This document shows positions 47,357 to 55,464 of a stretch of DNA of 64,000 nucleotides, piece after piece (position 1 is the first letter of the stretch; the number at the start of each line of letters is the position of its first letter). Made by a program: the position numbers and the translations under genes. Below the pieces are notes generated by a model. The model searched no databases. It was not told the origin of the DNA and saw only the letters and a program-made list of their open reading frames with translations. The DNA is from an uncultured Hyphomicrobiales bacterium (GTDB taxonomy: Bacteria > Pseudomonadota > Alphaproteobacteria > Rhizobiales > TMED25): positions 64,803 to 128,802 of the forward strand of contig CAJIYR010000006.1 in assembly GCA_905181735.1 (NCBI GenBank), given 5' to 3'.

Positions 47357-47445
47357 ACTGTTCCCTCTCTATTATCTATGCAATACAATATAATTTATAA
47401 GAATTTTAATTGATATAATTTTCTGTAGTAAATTAATAAATAGTA

Positions 47446-48846
47446 TTAAATTATATGTTTTCTTTTCATTGAGGATGGTATGTTCAATGACTCTCTGTAT
47501 TTTGCAACCGTTCTCCTGGCAATATTAATGTCATATTTTTTCAATAGATCAACCAACTTGTCGTCAGATAACCTGTCACACTTTGTTTCATTTTTGATTA
47601 AGTTTTTGATATAATATTTAACAGATTCTGATGAAACCATTTTTGATTCAGTTAACGAAGAGACGCCAAAGTCAAAGAAATATTTTAATTGATACACCCC
47701 TCTTGGTGTTTGTATGTATTTATTACTGGTGATGCGACTAATAGTTGATTCATGCATTTCTACTTTATCTGCTATTGTTTTTAGGTTAAGAGGTTTCAAA
47801 TACTCCACGCCTTGATCAAGAAAATCTTTTTGTTGTAATATAATTTCATTAGAAACTTTGGTTAATGTAGATGCTCTTTGTTTAATACTTTTTATCAGCC
47901 ATTTTGCGTCCATTAAACAATTTGTTATATATTTTTTTTCTTTATCTTTTAGAGTGCTCCCTTTAACAAGGTCGCCGTATGATTTATTGATGGTAACTTT
48001 AGGAATTGATTCATTATTTATAGTTGAATAGTATCTGCCATTGATTTTTTTTTCTATAATCACATCTGGAATAATTGTCTGTATGATATCCTTCGAAAAA
48101 ACTATACCGGGTTTAGGGTTTAAGGTTTTAATTAAATCGATGATACTCTTAATTTTTTCGTTATCAATTCCACTAATTCTAGTAAATTCAGCGTATTTAT
48201 TTTCTGCTATAAGATCTAAATTATCAAGAAATATTCTAATATCCCGAGTAATCATTTTTTTTTCTTGAAGTTGAAGTGTCAAACATTCCTTAAGGGATCT
48301 AGAAAAAACACCAGTTGGCTCAAAAGATTGAGATTTGGCCAAAGTATCTAATGTTAATTTTTCTAATACACCTAATTTTCTACTAATATACTCTGTATCT
48401 TCAGTCAAATAACCTGCGTCATCTACTATACCGATTAAATAATGCGTGATTATATTTTCTGTTGGAGTAAAAGAAGACATCATTAACTGTTCAGACAGAT
48501 GTTCCCTTAGTGATTTATTAGGTACAGAATTCTCAAATATTTCTAGATATACACCTTCCTTAGTTGTTGATTTTCTATTTTGCGTAGGTGAGCTAAGTAA
48601 ATTTTGACTTATTTCTCTTTCTCTTATTTTATTGTTTAAGCCACTATCTGTTTGAATAGACTCCTCTGCATTCTCTGAATCATCAAGGTAAGATTCATTT
48701 AGTAGCGGATTCTTTTCAAGCTCTCTGTCTACAAATGTACGCAGGTCAATATTTGAGAGTTCTAATAGTTTTATAGCCTGCTGCAATTGAGGAGTTAAGG
48801 ATAACCCTTGAATTTGTTTATTTTGAATATTTATTTTTAGTTTCAT
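47446..48846 (-). CDS. rpoN: RNA polymerase sigma-54 factor
   Basis: N-terminal Gln/Leu-rich region (LTPQLQQAIKLLELS) and a C-terminal RpoN box (ARRTVAKYR). It follows lptB. Confidence 0.92.
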   Translation of the reverse strand: MKLKINIQNKQIQGLSLTPQLQQAIKLLELSNIDLRTFVDRELEKNPLLNESYLDDSENAEESIQTDSGLNNKIREREISQNLLSSPTQNRKSTTKEGVYLEIFENSVPNKSLREHLSEQLMMSSFTPTENIITHYLIGIVDDAGYLTEDTEYISRKLGVLEKLTLDTLAKSQSFEPTGVFSRSLKECLTLQLQEKKMITRDIRIFLDNLDLIAENKYAEFTRISGIDNEKIKSIIDLIKTLNPKPGIVFSKDIIQTIIPDVIIEKKINGRYYSTINNESIPKVTINKSYGDLVKGSTLKDKEKKYITNCLMDAKWLIKSIKQRASTLTKVSNEIILQQKDFLDQGVEYLKPLNLKTIADKVEMHESTISRITSNKYIQTPRGVYQLKYFFDFGVSSLTESKMVSSESVKYYIKNLIKNETKCDRLSDDKLVDLLKKYDINIARRTVAKYRESLNIPSSMKRKHII

Positions 48847-48872
48847 ACTTATAACGCAATAATTATATTCGG

Positions 48873-49604
48873 TTAAAGATTAAATTTCTCACCTAGATAA
48901 ACTTTTCTTGCATCAGTGTCGTTAATAATTTCATCAGGACTGCCTTGGACCAATAAATTTCCATCATGAACAATGTAAGCTCTATCAACAAGGCTTAGCG
49001 TTTCTCTAACGTTATGGTCTGTGATTAAAACACCTATACCATTATCAGATAAGCTCTTTATAAGTTCTTTAATATCATTAATCGCTAATGGATCAATACC
49101 AGCAAAAGGTTCGTCCATTAAGATAAATCTCGGGTTAGTTGTTAGCGCCCTTGCAATCTCAACCCTTCTTCTCTCTCCACCAGAAAGTAAGATGCTTTTT
49201 CTATCGGCAATTTTTTCTAACCCGAAATTATTTAATAATTGCGTTAGTTTATCATTTCTCTTGTTTTTATTTTTTTCAGAAATTTCCAGTATGCATTCTA
49301 TGTTTTCTTTTACTGTTAATCCACGAAAAATTGATGGTTCTTGTGGAAGGTAGCTTATTCCTAATCTCGCTCTTCTGTACATTGGTAATGACGTTATATT
49401 ATGGCCATCGATATATATTGATCCATGATCTGGTTTGATTAAGCCCATTATAATGTAAAACATTGTAGTTTTTCCGGCACCATTGGGGCCTAACAAGCCT
49501 ATTACCTCACCAGGCATTAGCTTTATAGAAATATCATGAATTACAGGTATTCTGTTATAACTTTTCCCAATATTAACTATCTGTAAATCTTGCGAATTAT
49601 CCAT
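48873..49604 (-). CDS. lptB: LPS export ABC transporter ATPase
   Basis: Walker A GPNGAGKTT, signature LSGGERRR and Walker B ILMDEP. Sits in lptCAB-rpoN synteny. Confidence 0.9.
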   Translation of the reverse strand: MDNSQDLQIVNIGKSYNRIPVIHDISIKLMPGEVIGLLGPNGAGKTTMFYIIMGLIKPDHGSIYIDGHNITSLPMYRRARLGISYLPQEPSIFRGLTVKENIECILEISEKNKNKRNDKLTQLLNNFGLEKIADRKSILLSGGERRRVEIARALTTNPRFILMDEPFAGIDPLAINDIKELIKSLSDNGIGVLITDHNVRETLSLVDRAYIVHDGNLLVQGSPDEIINDTDARKVYLGEKFNL

Positions 49605-49629
49605 AATTTTATCTCAATTTTATGCTATA

Positions 49630-50157
49630 TCAATTGCTTTGGTTTGGAGTTAGTATTGCACGTACTCTGCTGCCTTCGCTTACTTCGGACGATATTATTT
49701 TTATTTTTCGAGAGCTGAGATCTAAAAGAGCAGCTTCTCCCTTAATGGCATTATTTCCTTTACTGAGCAGGACATCCCCAGAAATTTTAATTTTTTTAGT
49801 CAATAGATCGTAATATGCTTTGTTGCCACTTGCAATTTGATCATCAATTTGGATTAGGACGTTATTTAAACACTCAATAGATTCAATCGAAGTTTTTTTA
49901 TCCTCTTCTTTGTATGAGTATGTAATATTAACTAAATCAGCCGTTAGTGATATTTTATCTTGAACTATACGAACCTGACCAGAAAATATTGCTTTTTTTT
50001 CATTTTCTAATATTTCTAATGAGTCGGCTTCTATGCTGATAGGTGTATCTTGACTAACTGATAGTTGATCAACACTTCCTGTGAGACCTTCGGCGTAAGC
50101 ATGCAGTGATGAAAGTGTAGTTATACAGATTATTATAAATATTTTTTGTATTTTCAT
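49630..50157 (-). CDS. lptA: LPS transport periplasmic protein LptA (OstA-like)
   Basis: 175 aa with a signal peptide. OstA-N-like beta-jellyroll pattern, positioned between lptC and lptB. Confidence 0.75.
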   Translation of the reverse strand: MKIQKIFIIICITTLSSLHAYAEGLTGSVDQLSVSQDTPISIEADSLEILENEKKAIFSGQVRIVQDKISLTADLVNITYSYKEEDKKTSIESIECLNNVLIQIDDQIASGNKAYYDLLTKKIKISGDVLLSKGNNAIKGEAALLDLSSRKIKIISSEVSEGSRVRAILTPNQSN

Positions 50158-50810
50158 TTATTACGACATTCGTTTCTTGTGCTTTGATTAAATACCATAT
50201 TAATACCGTTTTTTAATTTTAAATTTTCTCCTTTATTTGTTATTTCAAGGGCATTGCCTAAAATACAAGTGTTTGGAGTTTTGATAGTAAGCGGACTCTG
50301 ACTAAAAACGCTATTACTATTAAGATCGATCGATGCCTTCTGTAGATAAGATATATAATTAGAGGCTGATGTAATTATAATATTGTCTTCTAGTACTAGT
50401 GTTTTTCTCTGGTTATCATATGTCGCTTTATCCGCAATAATCTTGGTAGTATTTTCTGTATTAATATTCATTAAAGCTCTGATTCCGCTAAGATATATTA
50501 AATTTTTTTTATTTATATCATTTCTAGCATTTCTAGCATTAATTTGAAAGTTCTCATTATTATTGTCTACGCCAGCAAGCATGGGGTTTATGATTTCAAT
50601 TGATGTATCGGGTATCCTAATAGGATTCTCACTAAAAGAATTCAAATCAGATTTATTTATTATAACTCCCTTGAAGAAATATAAAATAAGACAAATAGAG
50701 GCAATTATCATGATCAGAATAACTTTATTGAGAATAAATACTGTATTCGAATGTTTTCTTGCTTTGCTTATTTGGTTAGAATTTACGGCCTCATTCTCTA
50801 GATTGTACAT
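50154..50810 (-). CDS. lptC: LPS export system protein LptC
   Basis: 218 aa with a single N-terminal TM anchor. It overlaps lptA by 4 nt. The call rests mainly on position. Confidence 0.65.
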   Translation of the reverse strand: MYNLENEAVNSNQISKARKHSNTVFILNKVILIMIIASICLILYFFKGVIINKSDLNSFSENPIRIPDTSIEIINPMLAGVDNNNENFQINARNARNDINKKNLIYLSGIRALMNINTENTTKIIADKATYDNQRKTLVLEDNIIITSASNYISYLQKASIDLNSNSVFSQSPLTIKTPNTCILGNALEITNKGENLKLKNGINMVFNQSTRNECRNK

Positions 50811-50835
50811 TTTTAATCAACCGATAAGAACGTTG

Positions 50836-51447
50836 TTAATGAGAAAAAATATTAGTATCATTCCATCCTAATAAATCTAACTTTACTTGCGTGGTAAGAA
50901 AATTATGGCATTCATTAACTATTTCTGTCCTATTTTCTCTTATCAACATTTCGTCTAAAATATCTTTAATTTTATGTAAATAGAGCACATCTTGTGCGGC
51001 ATAATTCTTTTGGTCGTCACTTAAAAATTCTCGACCCCAGTCAGAACTTTGTTGTTGTTTTGAAATATCTACATTTAAAAGTTCTCTACATAAATCTTTT
51101 AACCCATGTCTATCTGTATAAGTTCTTATTATTTTTGATGCAATTTTAGTGCAATACACGCAATTCACTTCTATTTTTAGATTATGTTTTATCATCGCCA
51201 TGTCAAATCTTGCGTAATGAAATATTTTTACAACATTTTGATCCTCTAAAATTTTTTTCAAATTTACGGCTGGTATAATGTTCTTTTCAAATTTAACCAA
51301 AAAAACATCTCCATTGCCAGTTGATATTTGCATTAAGCATAATCTATCTCTTGTAGGATTTAAACCCATAGTTTCCGTGTCAATTGCTATGATATTTCCT
51401 AGGTTAAGATTTGATGGAATATCATTTTTATATAATTTAATACTCAT
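50836..51447 (-). CDS. 3'-5' exonuclease (short RNase D-like, DEDDy)
   Basis: Exo I motif IAIDTETMGL, Exo II motif KIFHYARFD and Exo III motif YAAQDVLYL. Confidence 0.8.
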   Translation of the reverse strand: MSIKLYKNDIPSNLNLGNIIAIDTETMGLNPTRDRLCLMQISTGNGDVFLVKFEKNIIPAVNLKKILEDQNVVKIFHYARFDMAMIKHNLKIEVNCVYCTKIASKIIRTYTDRHGLKDLCRELLNVDISKQQQSSDWGREFLSDDQKNYAAQDVLYLHKIKDILDEMLIRENRTEIVNECHNFLTTQVKLDLLGWNDTNIFSH

Positions 51448-51742
51448 TAGAGCCCTTGCTGTTGTTATTAGAATTTTAACATGTTTATCATCTAAAATAT
51501 ATAATAAAGGATTATTTTAATAAATAACCTTATATAAAATCATGTTTTCTAAAAAGATAAATTATACTTCTAAAGTATTTTATTATATAGCTATTAATAT
51601 AATTTTAATTATAACTGAATAATTGAACAAAGATATTGTCTGATAATGATTTTTTCTGTAATTATTTTTTTAAGTTAATTAGTTTTCAAACGAAATAATA
51701 TTTTTTTATTACTTATAATATAATTGAATAGGGAATTGTATA

Positions 51743-52702
51743 ATTACGTTACCATCTCATAATAGTAAAATTGTAACAATCTTCGGTGGTTCAGGTTTTG
51801 TTGGAAGGCATATCGTTGCAGCGTTGTTAAAAAAAGGTTATCGCATTAAAGTTGCAGTTAGAAGACCTGAGTTGTGCGGTCATTTACAAACATCGGGTGT
51901 GGCGGGGCAAATTCAATTTGTTCAATCTAACTTGCGTTATCCGGAATCTGTTGATCGTGCTATTGTTGGATCTGACATTGTTATAAACTCTATTGGACTG
52001 TTGTTCGAAAAAGGTGGCCAGAATTTTGATAATATTCATAAGCACGGCCCTGGATTAATAGCAAATTTATGCGCTAAAAATAAAGTCAAAAAATTAATTC
52101 ATATATCAGCAATTGGATCTGACATAACATCAAAATCTAAATACGCCAGAACAAAAGCAGAAGGTGAACATGAATTATTAGAAGAAAAAAAAGATTCTAT
52201 TATTGTAAGACCTTCAGTTATCTATGGTCCCGAAGATAATTTCTTTAATCAATTTGCAAAAATCATTTCAATCTCTCCATTATTCCCTTTATTTGGTGGA
52301 GGGGATACAAAATTTCAGCCTGTTTATGTCGTAGATCTTGCCAATGCAATATTAAATATCATTGAAGACAACAAAGGTAAGCAGATCTTTGAAATAGGCG
52401 GAAATGAAATATATTCTTTTAAAGAAATAATAGAATTTATATCATTAACAATTAAGAAAAGAAGAATTCTATTACCTATCCCCTTTAATGTATCAAGGTT
52501 TGTAGCTTTTTTTATGATGATGTTACCGCGACCATTGTTAACACCAGACCAGGTTGAGCTTCTAAAATATGATAATGTTGTTGATATAACGTCAAGTAAT
52601 ATAGGTAGATTAGAAGATTTAGATATTGTCCCTAATTCTATCGAAACTATCGTTCCAGCATACATAGAACGGTTTTGCAATGGTGGTAAATATAAATCAT
52701 AA
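51743..52702 (+). CDS. NAD-dependent epimerase/SDR, complex I NDUFA9-like
   Basis: GxxGxxG (IFGGSGFVGRH, 51779-51811) and YxxxK (YARTKAEGE) motifs. The Rossmann motif lies upstream of the first canonical start (TTG at 51824). The frame is open only from 51728 and has no in-frame ATG/GTG/TTG. I tentatively place the start at the ATT at 51743, 7 nt after AGGGAA. The 5' end is uncertain. Confidence 0.7.
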   Translation: MTLPSHNSKIVTIFGGSGFVGRHIVAALLKKGYRIKVAVRRPELCGHLQTSGVAGQIQFVQSNLRYPESVDRAIVGSDIVINSIGLLFEKGGQNFDNIHKHGPGLIANLCAKNKVKKLIHISAIGSDITSKSKYARTKAEGEHELLEEKKDSIIVRPSVIYGPEDNFFNQFAKIISISPLFPLFGGGDTKFQPVYVVDLANAILNIIEDNKGKQIFEIGGNEIYSFKEIIEFISLTIKKRRILLPIPFNVSRFVAFFMMMLPRPLLTPDQVELLKYDNVVDITSSNIGRLEDLDIVPNSIETIVPAYIERFCNGGKYKS

Positions 52703-52711
52703 TTATTATGC

Positions 52712-53509
52712 TTATGTATAAATTACATAAAAAATAATAAGACTTATTCCTACCCTGTATACAACAAAGGGGATTACGTTAAATCTTTCTATTACAGATA
52801 AAATTATCCTTATTGAGAATAAAGAAAATAGGAAGGATAATGACAGCGCTAAAATTGTATGAAATATAAACACTGCATCGTTCGTTTGAATTAATTTAGT
52901 TACCGTATACAGTCCTGCACAAAAAATTATTGGTAAAGACAGTAAGATAGCAATTTTTGCAGATATGATTCTATTTAAACCCATTGCCCTAGATGTTGTA
53001 AAACAAATCCCTGACCTACTGACCCCAGGAATTAATGATAATATTTGGAATAAACCAATAATAAGAAAATGTTTAGATTTTATTCTATTTTCATATTTTT
53101 GGAAATAATTACGGTCACTTAGTAGTAGTAAGAATGCGAAAATTAAATTTATCCAACCAATTAATTCCATGTTAGTTCTTAATTTATAAATATACCCGGT
53201 TTTTACTAAAATAAAGCCAATAGCCAGAGTTGGTATGGAAGCAATTAAAATAAAATAAAAATATTTAATAGAGCTAATAGAGATGGTATTTAAGGATTTG
53301 TCATCCATTGATAAAGATAGTGTATTCTTTCTTAAACAGAAAATAACAGCACATAAGGAACCAACGTGCAGGGAGAGGTCTAATAAGGGGCCTTGATCAT
53401 CCCAATTGCTAATCAGATGCACTATGTTTAAATGCATTGATGAACTGACTGGGAAAAATTCAGTTAACCCTTGCACAAAAGATAGAATAAATATTTGTTC
53501 AATCGGCAT
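52712..53509 (-). CDS. uppP: Undecaprenyl-diphosphate phosphatase
   Basis: Contains the FVQGLTEFFPVSSSMHL motif and PGVSRSG, with 7-8 TM segments. Confidence 0.85.
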   Translation of the reverse strand: MPIEQIFILSFVQGLTEFFPVSSSMHLNIVHLISNWDDQGPLLDLSLHVGSLCAVIFCLRKNTLSLSMDDKSLNTISISSIKYFYFILIASIPTLAIGFILVKTGYIYKLRTNMELIGWINLIFAFLLLLSDRNYFQKYENRIKSKHFLIIGLFQILSLIPGVSRSGICFTTSRAMGLNRIISAKIAILLSLPIIFCAGLYTVTKLIQTNDAVFIFHTILALSLSFLFSLFSIRIILSVIERFNVIPFVVYRVGISLIIFYVIYT

Positions 53510-53628
53510 CGCTAACTCTTCGTATCTATAATTATAAGTAAAATTATATTTATAATTATAATTAATTAATATATTATCTATTATACATTATACCAATGCA
53601 AATAGATGTAACAAAGATTACTATAAAA

Positions 53629-54315
53629 ATGATTAAATTGTATCACTTTCCATTATGTCCATTTAGCAGAAGAATTAGGCTTCTTTTATCAGAAGCTAAT
53701 CTTGATTATGAGCTTTTGTATGAGATCCCATGGAATAGAAGGCCGGAATTTCTATCTATGAATCCAGCTGGAACACTGCCTGTATTAACTGATGATAATG
53801 ATAAAACTATATCAGGAATATACTCTATTACGGAGTACATAGAGGAAATACTATCATTAAATAAAACTAATTTTATTTTTGGAGATATATACAATAAATC
53901 AGAAATAAGAAGAATTATGGAGTGGTTTGATGTTAAATTTAACGCAGAGGTAACACAATTAATTTTGAGAGAAATGGTTAATAAATTTTATATAAAGAAA
54001 TCTGACGGTGGCGGAAGCCCAAATATGGAAATTATAAGAATTGCTCAAGAAAATATGATGTATCATCTTGATTATATTTCGTATTTATCTGAATCTAGGG
54101 GATGGCTAGCTGGAGACAAAATATCAGAAGCCGATTTCGCAGTAGCGGCTCACCTTTCTTGTTTAGACTATCTAAATAAGGTTCCATGGGATAAAGCGGG
54201 TAGTGTAAAGAATTGGTATGCTAGGATTAAATCTAGACCTTCCTTTTCAAGATTACTTAAAGATGAATTGTCAGGTTTTATCACTCCTGATCATTATGCT
54301 GATTTAGATTTTTAA
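53629..54315 (+). CDS. Glutathione S-transferase family protein
   Basis: The N-terminal thioredoxin-like domain (MIKLYHFPLCPFSRR...GTLPVL) is followed by a helical C-terminal domain. The start is placed at the internal ATG. Confidence 0.8.
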   Translation: MIKLYHFPLCPFSRRIRLLLSEANLDYELLYEIPWNRRPEFLSMNPAGTLPVLTDDNDKTISGIYSITEYIEEILSLNKTNFIFGDIYNKSEIRRIMEWFDVKFNAEVTQLILREMVNKFYIKKSDGGGSPNMEIIRIAQENMMYHLDYISYLSESRGWLAGDKISEADFAVAAHLSCLDYLNKVPWDKAGSVKNWYARIKSRPSFSRLLKDELSGFITPDHYADLDF

Positions 54316-54330
54316 TTAAATGAGAATTTA

Positions 54331-55464
54331 ATGAATATAGCAGAGGAAATAGGAGAAAAAGCATTGGAACTAGGTTTCGATGACTTCGGTTTTACAGATC
54401 TAACTGCATCAGCGGACATAAAAAATAATTTTTTATCATTTTTAGAAAAAGGTCATCATGGTGACATGTTATGGTTAGAGAATAATGTTGAAAGAAGAGT
54501 TGATCCCCTTGTTATGTGGGGAGAAGCTAAGACCGCCTTGGTTCTTGCTCAAAACTATGCACCTGATAATAATCCAATAGATAATTTAAAGTTAAAAAAT
54601 AGAGCAAATATATCTGTTTACGCCAGAGGTGACGACTATCATAAGGTTATAAAAAAGAAGTTAAAGAATTTAGCTGGATGGATGGCCAGAGAATATAAGA
54701 CGGAAGTCAAGGTGTTTGTTGATACCGCGCCGATTATGGAAAAACCATTAGCACAGTCGTCGGGTATTGGGTGGCAAGGGAAGCATACAAATCTTGTAAG
54801 TAAAAATTACGGATCTTGGTTATTTTTAGGTATAATATTAATTTCAATAAAGTTGCCAGTTAATGTTTCAGAAAATGATCATTGCGGCATATGCCAAGCC
54901 TGTATTGACGTTTGCCCTACAAAAGCTTTTCCAAAGCCTTACCAGTTAGATGCTAGGAAATGTATATCCTATCTGACTATTGAACATAAAGGACATATTC
55001 CTTTAGAGTATCGAAGTGCTATCGGTAATAGAGTATATGGTTGTGATGATTGCCTCGCTGTATGTCCGTGGAATAAATTTGCAAAAACAGCAAGAGAAAA
55101 TAGATTAAAATCAAGAGAATTATTAAACATGCCGGAGTTATCTGGTTTTTTAGATTTTGATGATTTTCAATTTAGAGAATTTTTTAGCGGGTCACCAATA
55201 AAAAGAATTGGTAGAAATAAGTTTCTAAGAAATGTAATTATAGCAATTGGTAACTCTGGGCAGATAAGGAATATAGATAAATTGAAAGAGAAGTTAACAG
55301 ATGAATCTTCTTTGGTAAGAGCAATGGCAGTTTGGGCTCTTAGCTGTTTAATGAACTTTGAGGATTTTAATAATTTGAAAAAATCTTATTTTGCTGTTGA
55401 GGCAGATAAAAATGTTATAGAAGAATGGAAAATAGCATTTAATAAAAAGGATTTTATTGGTTGA
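54331..55464 (+). CDS. queG: Epoxyqueuosine reductase
   Basis: Two 4Fe-4S motifs (CGICQACIDVCP, CDDCLAVCPWN), a cobalamin-binding N-terminal region and a HEAT-like C-terminus. Confidence 0.9.
   Translation: MNIAEEIGEKALELGFDDFGFTDLTASADIKNNFLSFLEKGHHGDMLWLENNVERRVDPLVMWGEAKTALVLAQNYAPDNNPIDNLKLKNRANISVYARGDDYHKVIKKKLKNLAGWMAREYKTEVKVFVDTAPIMEKPLAQSSGIGWQGKHTNLVSKNYGSWLFLGIILISIKLPVNVSENDHCGICQACIDVCPTKAFPKPYQLDARKCISYLTIEHKGHIPLEYRSAIGNRVYGCDDCLAVCPWNKFAKTARENRLKSRELLNMPELSGFLDFDDFQFREFFSGSPIKRIGRNKFLRNVIIAIGNSGQIRNIDKLKEKLTDESSLVRAMAVWALSCLMNFEDFNNLKKSYFAVEADKNVIEEWKIAFNKKDFIG

Noticed and set aside
36765-47445. Interpretation of the tRNA-Phe-adjacent block as a classical integrative genomic island or mobile element.
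   Set aside because: There is no integrase, transposase or excisionase. I could find no direct repeat of the tRNA-Phe 3' end at the rpoN-proximal boundary (47357-47445). It is kept only as an accessory block of unknown origin.
51448-51742. A 295-nt AT-rich spacer with a bulged hairpin (about 51499-51525) and a 26-codon hydrophobic mini-ORF (MFSKKINYTSKVFYYIAINIILIITE), considered as a possible sRNA or small protein.
   Set aside because: The stem is almost entirely A-T. There are no promoter or terminator signatures and no recognisable RNA family motif. It is indistinguishable from random AT-rich intergenic sequence without comparative data.
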